Virus record (IMG/VR): IMGVR_UViG_3300008262_000042
Span: 128,803-179,597 of that record
Strand: one strand, 5' to 3'
DNA: 50,795 nucleotides
Source: a virus
Lineage: Duplodnaviria > Heunggongvirae > Uroviricota > Caudoviricetes
Below are positions 17,500 through 24,786 of the stretch, in pieces. The notes under the pieces were generated by a model, which searched no databases, was not told the origin of the DNA, and was given only the letters and a program-made list of their open reading frames with translations. Position numbers and translations under genes: made by a program. Numbering within the stretch: position 1 is the first letter of the stretch; each line of letters opens with the position of its first letter.

Positions 17500-17574
17500 T
17501 GGAGCAGATAAAAGGAATCGAACCTTCATCCTCGGCTTGGCAAGCCGATGCACTGACCGTTGTGCTATATCTGC
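17500..17574 (-). tRNA. trnG: tRNA-Gly(GCC), encoded CCA
   Basis: Cloverleaf, loop UUGCCAA. Confidence 0.9.
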
Positions 17575-17658
17575 AAGTACTGAGTTCCTGTTAATTCAGG
17601 TACTTATCTATCTCTAGTTGTTTTTATCCCTCAGCAGGAAGTTAAACTAAACCCATTG

Positions 17659-17734
17659 TAGTCGCTATCAGAGTCGAACTGATGATCTCTTCCTTGTAAG
17701 GGAAGCGCTTTAAAACCAGCTAAGCGAAGCGACC
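17659..17734 (-). tRNA. trnV: tRNA-Val(UAC)
   Basis: Cloverleaf, loop CUUACAA. Confidence 0.9.
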
Positions 17735-17786
17735 ATTTAGCTATTATGTTGCAACCAACGTTTTCTTGATGAGGAACGACCTGGTG

Positions 17787-17859
17787 TGGACCGTCCCAGA
17801 GTCGAACTGGGGACTGTAGAATGCAAATCTACCGTGTTAGCCAACTATACCAACAGCCC
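17787..17859 (-). tRNA. trnA: tRNA-Ala(UGC)
   Basis: Loop UUUGCAU; G3.U70 pair. Confidence 0.9.
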
Positions 17860-17885
17860 ATAAAAAAAGGAAGAAAGTAAAAGTA

Positions 17886-18085
17886 CTATAAAATAATTAG
17901 CTATAAAAGCTTTCGTTTCAAGTATAAAACAATCTCCATTGAAAACCAACGCGTTATGCAACTGATTGATAACCAATGGTAATCTCCAAATCAGCCCAGG
18001 AGCTCATGGTTAGCCTATAATTTACTTAATATGATAACACTAAGTATAAAATTGGCTAAAACCAGGAGCTTCGGGTGAGCTCAGA
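17886..18085. repeat. Copy 2 of the dispersed repeat with IHF-like boxes
   Basis: ATTGAAAACCAACGCGTTA-TG-CAACTGATTGATAACCAAT...GAGCTCATGG. Confidence 0.65.
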
Positions 18086-18120
18086 GAATAATACATTATG
18101 TCGAGTAGGCCAGAATCTTA

Positions 18121-18771
18121 TTATCTTATGTCATACATCAATAAAAAATCCTCTACCTTACTTTTTATGTACTCAAAATTATTGTGAACCCATTTAATTC
18201 GTACAACTTTATATCCTTCACTTTCAATAATCTCATCTCTTTTAGTATCATAATCTTTTCTCGATTCATGTTGTTTTCCATCTATTTCTAAAACAATTTT
18301 TTTAGATTCAAAAACAAAATCTCCAAAAAACCGATTTATCTTTTTATCTCTAGTATATTCGATATTATTATAATTTAAAATATCGATCACTATTTTTTCA
18401 GCAAAAGATGGACTTTTATCTTTTCTGCTCGGATATCCATTATGAGTATTATTCGATAATCTAATATTTGCTGAATATTTAGCTGCGCACGATTTTCCGC
18501 AAAAACGTCGATTTGAATCTAATCTTACACTTATTGAATTGTTGCATTGTTTACATACTATTGTTTTATATTCGACTAGATGTTTTCCTTTTTTCCATGA
18601 TGTTCTACCTTTGATAGGAGATTCTCTACCTTTTAGCTTTTTACTAACTTTAACGTTAATCTCCTCTCTAGAATTTTTAGTACTAAAAGATCTAGCGCAT
18701 TTAATAGAGCAAAATCTTTTACTAGCATAAGAACCATTATGAGTAATATTACAATTTTCACATATAAACAT
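18121..18771 (-). CDS. Free-standing Vsr/DUF559-like endonuclease with Zn-binding modules
   Basis: CxxC / FCS..C repeats; S..E...DF......VLEIDG.QH.....D..RD......GY.V.RI. Confidence 0.8.
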   Translation of the reverse strand: MFICENCNITHNGSYASKRFCSIKCARSFSTKNSREEINVKVSKKLKGRESPIKGRTSWKKGKHLVEYKTIVCKQCNNSISVRLDSNRRFCGKSCAAKYSANIRLSNNTHNGYPSRKDKSPSFAEKIVIDILNYNNIEYTRDKKINRFFGDFVFESKKIVLEIDGKQHESRKDYDTKRDEIIESEGYKVVRIKWVHNNFEYIKSKVEDFLLMYDIR

Positions 18772-18813
18772 AATAATTATTTATAATATATATCGAACCT
18801 TTATGATTATTTG

Positions 18814-18886
18814 TCTAGGCGACAGGTGACGATCCTGCCTGGTCTAGTTCCCAAAACTAGTGCCTCACCAACTCGGCCACGCCTAG
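18814..18886 (-). tRNA. trnP: tRNA-Pro(UGG)
   Basis: Loop UUUGGGA; atypical T loop. Confidence 0.85.
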
Positions 18887-18922
18887 ATTTTTACTACCAA
18901 TATGTCAAAGAACATCTACTTG

Positions 18923-18994
18923 AGGGCTTAGTAGGAATCAAACCTACGTAACGGAGGTTGCAGCTCCGCACCTACTTCTCTCGGCCATAAGCCC
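18923..18994 (-). tRNA. trnC: tRNA-Cys(GCA)
   Basis: Loop CUGCAAC, U discriminator. Confidence 0.87.
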
Positions 18995-19003
18995 ATTTTT
19001 TTG

Positions 19004-19076
19004 TACTCCCGAACCGACTCGAACGGTTATTACTAGATCCGTAGTCTAGAGTTCTAATCCATTGAACTACAGGAGC
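19004..19076 (-). tRNA. trnR: tRNA-Arg(ACG)
   Basis: Cloverleaf, loop CUACGGA. Confidence 0.9.
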
Positions 19077-19079
19077 ATT

Positions 19080-19718
19080 TTATAATTTTCTTCCTCTTTG
19101 CCATCCTTCTGGTATAGAATCCTCTTTTTTTATTTTTTTGTTTTCGATACCATTGGTAATCCACATTGTGCCGTATTGAGAATTATTTGAATTAGAATGT
19201 CTACCTTTGTGAGAATTACTAATTTTCTTTTTAGTTTCAGCAGAATGTGATTTCCCAGTCCAATCTAATCCATTTAATTCGCCTTTTTTATAAAGGCTTT
19301 TTAAACTATCTCGAATTCTATCGTTAACATACTTTTTAAATAAAAGATCTTCATCTTTCTTTTTATTTATTTTATAAGCGCCTGATCTAGATATGTTTTT
19401 TCTAACCTCATTACTTAAAATAGGCCAACCACCAGTTCCACCAGGTTTTAAGTTCATGCACATCTGATCTTTCAAAAGATCTTCATTAACGAGTTGCTTT
19501 TCTCTTTCTACTAAAGCTTCTCTAGATTCGAAGAATTCCAAGATCTCAAACTTGAAATTTTCTTTTCCATGATAATTTATCGAATGCCATAGTCTTTTAC
19601 CAGATCCTATATAGCCATCTTCTAAGTTATCCGTTGAGTGCATTCCTATATAAAATTTACCATTTTTTATGTTGGTAGTTTTATATACGAAATTATATTT
19701 TTTCTGTGTCCTTAGCAT
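19080..19718 (-). CDS. Seg-like GIY-YIG homing endonuclease with NUMOD3
   Basis: FVYKTTN..NGKFYIGMH....DGYIGSG; GKSHSAETKKKIS (NUMOD3); WITNG...IPEGW.RGR. Confidence 0.88.
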   Translation of the reverse strand: MLRTQKKYNFVYKTTNIKNGKFYIGMHSTDNLEDGYIGSGKRLWHSINYHGKENFKFEILEFFESREALVEREKQLVNEDLLKDQMCMNLKPGGTGGWPILSNEVRKNISRSGAYKINKKKDEDLLFKKYVNDRIRDSLKSLYKKGELNGLDWTGKSHSAETKKKISNSHKGRHSNSNNSQYGTMWITNGIENKKIKKEDSIPEGWQRGRKL

Positions 19719-19764
19719 ACTTATGTTTTATAATAAATATGCATAAGGTACAGAATTTTAAGTG

Positions 19765-19892
19765 CGGGGAAGGCTGGATTTGAACCAACAATTTCTAATT
19801 TTCAATTTAGATGTTTTACCGATGTAACTGTTAGATTGACTATCGTTACCGAAGAATATGTTTAACAGTAAAGTTTATTAAACTTCTTCCCC
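19765..19892 (-). ncRNA. tRNA-Y RNA hybrid: tRNA body with the Ro-binding stem inserted in the D loop
   Basis: GGGGAAG/CUUCCCC acceptor, T arm, 8-nt loop AUUGAAAA; the D loop contains ACUGUUA...UUCUUCG-GUAA-CGAUAGUC...UAACAGUUACAUCG. Confidence 0.7.
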
Positions 19893-19906
19893 ATCATGTT
19901 ATGTTG

Positions 19907-19977
19907 CACGGGTAAGAGAATTCGAATCCCTACTAAAGGTTTTGGAGACCATTGTGCTACCATTACACCATACCCGC
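19907..19977 (-). tRNA. trnW: tRNA-Trp(CCA)
   Basis: Cloverleaf, loop CUCCAAA. Confidence 0.88.
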
Positions 19978-19999
19978 ATATATTAAAGAACTTCTTATG

Positions 20000-20072
20000 T
20001 TCCCCCTACAGGGATCGAACCTGTAACCCCATGGTTAAAAGCCACGTACTCTACCAATTGAGCTAAGAGGGA
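20000..20072 (-). tRNA. trnK: tRNA-Lys(UUU)
   Basis: Cloverleaf, loop CUUUUAA. Confidence 0.92.
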
Positions 20073-20084
20073 ATCTTTACTCTG

Positions 20085-20157
20085 TTCCCCCTATCAGATT
20101 CGAACTGATGACCCAACGATTAAGAGTCGCTTACTCTACCAACTGAGCTAAGGAGGA
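20085..20157 (-). tRNA. trnK: tRNA-Lys(CUU)
   Basis: Cloverleaf, loop CUCUUAA. Confidence 0.92.
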
Positions 20158-20204
20158 ATGTTTATTTATATATCCGTTTTCGTTTCATTTTTCTAATTTT
20201 TGTG

Positions 20205-20277
20205 TGGTACTCCCCGGTATCGAACCGGGTCCTCAAGATTTTCAGTCTTGCGCTTCTACCTAGTTAGCTTGAGCACC
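20205..20277 (-). tRNA. trnF: tRNA-Phe(GAA), first gene of the array
   Basis: Cloverleaf, loop CUGAAAA. Confidence 0.9.
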
Positions 20278-20282
20278 AAAAT

Positions 20283-20310
20283 AAAAAAACCCCGATTTTT
20301 TAATCGGGGC
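20283..20310 (-). terminator. Intrinsic terminator/attenuator directly before the tRNA array
   Basis: CCCCGAUU-AAAA-AAUCGGGG-UUUUUUU, ending 5 nt before tRNA-Phe. Confidence 0.85.
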
Positions 20311-20335
20311 CTTTGTAGTTTTTTATAGTTAATCT

Positions 20336-20482
20336 TTATCCAAGATCAGTATCTCTACTTTGCCCCGTGTCGTGCGGTTTGCCTTGCGCGTCAATATTCA
20401 CACTAAAGCAATACCCAAGCGACAACGTATTTCTACGCTCTACTTGCCAATTTTTGCTGTTATGTAATAATATACGTGCCAT
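20336..20482 (-). CDS. Putative 48-aa attenuator leader peptide containing all 20 amino acids
   Basis: MARILLHNSKNWQVERRNTLSLGYCFSVNIDAQGKPHDTGQSRDTDLG; A-rich start context, ATATTTAT upstream; contains CGGGGC complementary to the terminator 5' arm. Confidence 0.65.
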   Translation of the reverse strand: MARILLHNSKNWQVERRNTLSLGYCFSVNIDAQGKPHDTGQSRDTDLG

Positions 20483-20516
20483 GATTATTTTTTTACTATT
20501 ATAAATATATAACTTT

Positions 20517-20774
20517 TTATTCAAACGACATAATTTTCGTTTTTTGTTTGGAACCTTTTACAGTATCTATTGTTTTTATACTAGAAAGAGTCGAGTGATT
20601 TGTTTTTTCGAGTATTTTTTTAATGTACGCATTAGGGTATTTTACGTTTGTATATACCTTTATAAATCCGTTTTTATAATGCACTTCTACTGTCGAACCA
20701 CCTTCTTGCAAAGACATATTGTTAGTTCTATGCTTATCTCCAACAATTAGCTTTTTTTCTGAAAAAACTCTCAT
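20517..20774 (-). CDS. Hypothetical protein
   Basis: 85 aa ORF with A-rich start context. Confidence 0.6.
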   Translation of the reverse strand: MRVFSEKKLIVGDKHRTNNMSLQEGGSTVEVHYKNGFIKVYTNVKYPNAYIKKILEKTNHSTLSSIKTIDTVKGSKQKTKIMSFE

Positions 20775-20806
20775 AATTACTTAGTTTTAAATGTTTAAAA
20801 AATTTT

Positions 20807-21301
20807 TGGTGGACCTGGCGGGAATCGAACCCGCGTCTTACTATGGAATCATAATACCAACGTCTCACATGCTTAGTACTGATAAATGTGACGTATAGCT
20901 CTTCAGGAATTAACCTTTAGATAACTGGTTCTTTTATCTGCACCGTAAAGGGGCTACCCAATTGGGTAACGATTCCACCACCTGATTTTACGACTATCAG
21001 GAAAACATTGAGTATATGTAGACCTCTACATGAGTTGTTTCTACATTAAAATGCATAGCCTTTTAGATCATGCTTTATGCAAGTACTCGTTTGTTATTTT
21101 CTGTTGCCAGGGATAACTCCCCCACCGCTTATGCAGCTACTGCTACACTAGAGAAAATAGAAGCTAAGATAGCTTCACCTTCAGCGATACGAGCTTGTTT
21201 ATTTGCGTCGTTTATTGTTCTGCGCAGATTTAAAGACATCTAGCACTTCTGTCTGCATGTGGTACTACCATTCATCATAGCAATCAATACCGGACAGGCC
21301 C
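20807..21301 (-). ncRNA. ssrA: tmRNA
   Basis: GGGCCUG.../...UUCGAUU-CCCGC-CAGGUCC-ACCA with G3.U70; tag frame 21209-21129 ending VAVAA-stop. Confidence 0.9.
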
Positions 21302-21314
21302 ATATTTAAAAGAT

Positions 21315-21557
21315 CTAATTTGTTGTTTTTACTACATCATCGTAATTAACCCATTGTACAGTGTTATCTTCGAAATTAGGTAATGCTAATTTGCATTTTC
21401 CTTCAAATTTACCTATAGCGATAAATCCATACCCTTCACAAATAAATGGTATATACATCGATTCACTTAATTTATTAAACTCATCTAATATATCAAAATC
21501 CCAAGGCATGCCTTCAGGATCGAAAGCTTCACACCATTGTTTACTAAATTCTGCCAT
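21315..21557 (-). CDS. Hypothetical protein
   Basis: Start revised to MAEFSKQW. Confidence 0.6.
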   Translation of the reverse strand: MAEFSKQWCEAFDPEGMPWDFDILDEFNKLSESMYIPFICEGYGFIAIGKFEGKCKLALPNFEDNTVQWVNYDDVVKTTN

Positions 21558-21603
21558 ATGATTATAATTAGTTTGTCTTAAAATATAAATTAAGGTAAAA
21601 AGA

Positions 21604-21792
21604 TTATGGTAGGTACAGTACGCAAATATATACAAATAAGCCAACTATTACATATATACCTAGTATAAATCCTAGAAAATCAATAACTGTAGATTGTGTT
21701 ACAGCGAATTCTTTCCATGAACCTGATTTTTTATAGATTCTATAAACTGATATAAAGAACCAAATAAATAAAATTGTTAGTAGTGTTATCAT
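21604..21792 (-). CDS. Small two-TM membrane protein
   Basis: Two hydrophobic stretches. Confidence 0.55.
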   Translation of the reverse strand: MITLLTILFIWFFISVYRIYKKSGSWKEFAVTQSTVIDFLGFILGIYVIVGLFVYICVLYLP

Positions 21793-21925
21793 ATATTTTA
21801 TTTTAAGTAGTTAGGACAGGATTTGAATTAATAGATAGACAAAAACTAATTTGATACCAAATTCGATTACGTTGAAATTTTTAATTTCATTTAATAGTTT
21901 TTCTTTCATAATTCTTATTATTTAG

Positions 21926-22048
21926 CAGTCAGGACAGGATTCGAACCTGTACGGGGTCTGGAGTGTGCGGTACCTATAACCTAACTTTTTTATACTCCCT
22001 ATTCCGAGGATGTTAGTCCCTCTGCGTCTACTTTTTCGCCACCTGACT
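21926..22048 (-). ncRNA. tRNA-scaffold variable-core element, copy C
   Basis: Conserved acceptor/D/T arms with a unique core; a truncated 3' half (copy B) lies at ~21809-21827. Confidence 0.75.
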
Positions 22049-22054
22049 ATTTTA

Positions 22055-22333
22055 TTAATTCATTGGCCTTTTACTCAAAATTTCATCAATCTGTTTTAAT
22101 ATCTTTCCGCTTGGGTCTGTTATAGGTAAAAGAGAAATAATGTCTAATCGAGTTTTCATCTCTTCTGTTAATCCCCAACCACTACTACATCTTTCAGCTT
22201 GTTCATCAAACATTTCTATAAACTTATTTTGAATAGCCATTCTTAGTGGTCCATCACCACCAAAAGGTACTTTGCTTCTATCAATTGGACCTATTTCGCA
22301 AAACCAATATTCTAACTTTTTTTTCTTTGCCAT
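22055..22333 (-). CDS. Hypothetical protein
   Basis: 92 aa ORF flanked by scaffold elements. Confidence 0.65.
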   Translation of the reverse strand: MAKKKKLEYWFCEIGPIDRSKVPFGGDGPLRMAIQNKFIEMFDEQAERCSSGWGLTEEMKTRLDIISLLPITDPSGKILKQIDEILSKRPMN

Positions 22334-22346
22334 AACTTTATTTTTG

Positions 22347-22491
22347 TAGTCAGGACAGGGTTCGAACCTGTATGGTTAATCTGTATAACATAAATGGATA
22401 CTTTTTAGTATGTGAAGGATAAACTCTTCGACTATTTACACCACGTTAACCTTATCATGTTTTAAGCGTCTACCAATTTCGCCACCTGACT
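22347..22491 (-). ncRNA. tRNA-scaffold variable-core element, copy D
   Basis: Conserved arms with a ~90-nt unique core. Confidence 0.75.
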
Positions 22492-22632
22492 GTTTGCCTG
22501 TCTTTCCAAGCTGTCAACCATCGCACGTTCCTAATACTTGTTTAGGATATGCTCCGCTACTATCACTTCACGGTTACTCTCCCCTATCTCCTAAGAGCAT
22601 GGGCTACCACGTCGTTGTGTTGGATTTCTGCG

Positions 22633-22813
22633 TAGTCAGGACAGGGTTCGAACCTGTAAGATAATGTGAAATCATAAAAGGGAATTCGTTAATCATCATC
22701 TCCTTTATCCCAGTAATTGTAGCGTCTACCAAGTTAACATTAACCCCGTAGTGGATTCTAACCACATTATTTTTACAACTAGAACGGGGTTGTTAACATT
22801 CCGCCACCTGACT
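22633..22813 (-). ncRNA. tRNA-scaffold variable-core element, copy E (D-loop insertion)
   Basis: Conserved arms; the D loop carries AACCCCGU...GUGG-UUAGAAU-CCAC-U-ACGGGGUU. Confidence 0.7.
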
Positions 22814-22929
22814 AACACCACTATTATTTTTTTGGCCGTGATTGTGCCGCACTTACCTTTAGTGTATGTGACCGATAAGAACCTTACATCACATAACGAG
22901 AGTTCTATATATTTCACTCACAATTTTAG

Positions 22930-23008
22930 TAGTCAGGACAGGATTCGAACCTGTGTAAGGGGTGGGGTCTGCCACTATCTCTGCGCTATCCAACTACGCC
23001 ACCTGACT
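22930..23008 (-). ncRNA. tRNA-scaffold variable-core element, copy F
   Basis: Conserved arms with a 28-nt core and no anticodon arm. Confidence 0.75.
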
Positions 23009-23149
23009 ATTTATCGATTTTATTTAGTGCCTTTTGTATTTTTGCGCACATTTTGCTTCTAATTAGTTGCAAAAATTCGCTTCTGTTTTTTACACTTACA
23101 CTATAACATGCCATTTTAGCCCCCCTTCTCGAAATGAATTACATAAAAT

Positions 23150-23375
23150 TACTATAAAATAATTAGCCATAAAAACTTTCGTTTTAAGTATAAAATAATC
23201 TTTATTGGAAACCAACGCGTTAGCAACTAATTGATTATCATGCTGTTATAACTGATTGGTTACCAATAGCCTTCTCCCAATGCGTCCAGAAGCTCATGGC
23301 CAAGGCTTATTTTATTACTATAAATACTATTAGGCCTCAATTTTAAGTATGCCCATGAGCTCATATGCTGTTTTG
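23150..23375. repeat. Copy 3 of the dispersed repeat with IHF-like boxes
   Basis: Closely matches 17886-17975 (TACTATAAAATAATTAGC..TAAAA.CTTTCGTTT.AAGTATAAAA...AACCAACGCGTTA). Confidence 0.65.
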
Positions 23376-23512
23376 GGACGTAAAATATGGGCGTTAATCT
23401 ATCAATTGATAATAAAAAAGATTCGCGTTGCTTTATATACAAATATAGTGCATTGCGAATCTTAAATAAAAATTAATCAACTAGATCGTAGAGTTGATCT
23501 TCGGAGTTGATC

Positions 23513-23770
23513 TTAGGCGTTTTGTAACCTTTCGATTTTAGTCGTGTTGTTAATACGGCCACGAGTGTAATCGTACGCTTTGTTTAGAATTCGCTCATTA
23601 ATTTGTTTTCCGCGTAATACATCTGATACGTGAGTTACAGAATAGTTGATACTACTTGCAATTGTAGTGATGTCACCGTTGCGAAGCTTTCTGTTAACTA
23701 ATGCCATTTTTTGGATGTACGTAAGCTTACGATAGCTTTGCGGTCGATTTGTTTCTTTTTTTCTTGCCAT
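23513..23770 (-). CDS. Basic HTH DNA-binding protein
   Basis: DITTIASSINYSVTHVSDVLRGK, XRE-like HTH pattern. Confidence 0.6.
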   Translation of the reverse strand: MARKKETNRPQSYRKLTYIQKMALVNRKLRNGDITTIASSINYSVTHVSDVLRGKQINERILNKAYDYTRGRINNTTKIERLQNA

Positions 23771-23840
23771 TTTTTTTAATTTAATTAAAGAATATAAAGT
23801 AAATATATGACAATTTTTTGATCTTAAAAAGTATTCGTTT

Positions 23841-24047
23841 TTAGTTTAATCGATGATCTTTAACATACATTCCGCTAAAGTTCACAAATTTGCACCAATT
23901 ATTGTATGCTTCTATGTCTTCGATTGTTGATAATGACCTATCTGGTTGCTTATTTGATTTAAGAGTACTATGCGTATATATAGGTTCGCCTTTTGCTCTT
24001 TCACCAAATATCTCTCGCTTTATTTTGCTAATTACTAATTTCAACAT
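23841..24047 (-). CDS. Hypothetical protein
   Basis: Coupled ORF in an operon. Confidence 0.5.
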   Translation of the reverse strand: MLKLVISKIKREIFGERAKGEPIYTHSTLKSNKQPDRSLSTIEDIEAYNNWCKFVNFSGMYVKDHRLN

Positions 24048-24766
24048 TATTTTTTTAATTTAAAGTAAATAAAGGTTCTTTCGCCTATTTTCTCAATTAT
24101 TGGTTCATAGCGACATGAAACAATAAATGCTTTTAAAGCGAGAGAATCGAATATACCATAATTGATCATTAAAGGACCAGTCCATGTATTAGTCGTTATT
24201 TTTAATTCATATCCGAGTTCACATATATCTTGATCTTTGTATTTTAATGCATCTATTGCGTTTTCTAAGTTTGGAAATTTATCAATTAATTCCATTTGAC
24301 TCTTAGAATCGCAACGCATATATAGGTTAACTAACTCTTTTTCAAATTCAGTAGAAGTTAGTTTTGCATCAACTGTATTTGCGCCACTTTTACTTTTAAA
24401 TGGATTATGACGCTGATCTGTTGGAATAAATATTTGATCTTCTATGCGTTGGCTAGAACATTCAGAAGCGTCTATTGTGCCTTTATTATCTGCATATCCA
24501 AGCAAATAGTTTATATGTTTACAATAAAACCAACTAGGTATATGATGCAGTACCTTCCATTTTCCTCGAGATACATTCTCTAACGCGCCTAATCTTTTTA
24601 GATAGGTTTGATACGTAGATGTTCTGTACATTCTTTGGCGATTTGAACGTTTCCACCATGTTTGATTTTCAAAACAACCTACTTTGTGATATAATTCGTC
24701 CGTAGTATATACTTGCCCTATAGGCAAAGAGTTGATAAATTCTTTAAATCTACTAAATAAAGTCAT
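24047..24766 (-). CDS. Hypothetical protein; possible winged-helix N-terminus, family-A-like C-terminus
   Basis: YLKRLG.LE...RG.W; ends with IYFKLKK like family A. Confidence 0.6.
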   Translation of the reverse strand: MTLFSRFKEFINSLPIGQVYTTDELYHKVGCFENQTWWKRSNRQRMYRTSTYQTYLKRLGALENVSRGKWKVLHHIPSWFYCKHINYLLGYADNKGTIDASECSSQRIEDQIFIPTDQRHNPFKSKSGANTVDAKLTSTEFEKELVNLYMRCDSKSQMELIDKFPNLENAIDALKYKDQDICELGYELKITTNTWTGPLMINYGIFDSLALKAFIVSCRYEPIIEKIGERTFIYFKLKK

Positions 24767-24786
24767 GCGTATGATTTTTAATTTTT

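Noticed and set aside
12705-17594. ORF-track entries overlapping RNA genes (12705, 13179, 14172, 14288, 15501, 15570, 16236, 16541, 16655, 17409)
   Set aside because: Shadow frames across GC-richer structured RNAs or antisense to real genes; no protein motifs
19765-19892. Ordinary tRNA-Phe with an intron
   Set aside because: The insert is in the D loop, is far too short for a self-splicing intron and matches the Y-stem motif
13384-20277. Stop-codon reassignment or suppressor tRNAs
   Set aside because: No CUA, UUA or UCA anticodons found; genes are intact in the standard code and end in TAA, TAG and TGA
13384-20277. tRNA-associated HDV-like (theta) ribozymes
   Set aside because: No nested double pseudoknot recognised at tRNA 3' ends by eye; a descriptor search is needed to exclude them
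22726-23442. ORFs 22726, 22751 and 23260
   Set aside because: They overlap scaffold elements or the IHF-box repeat and have weak starts
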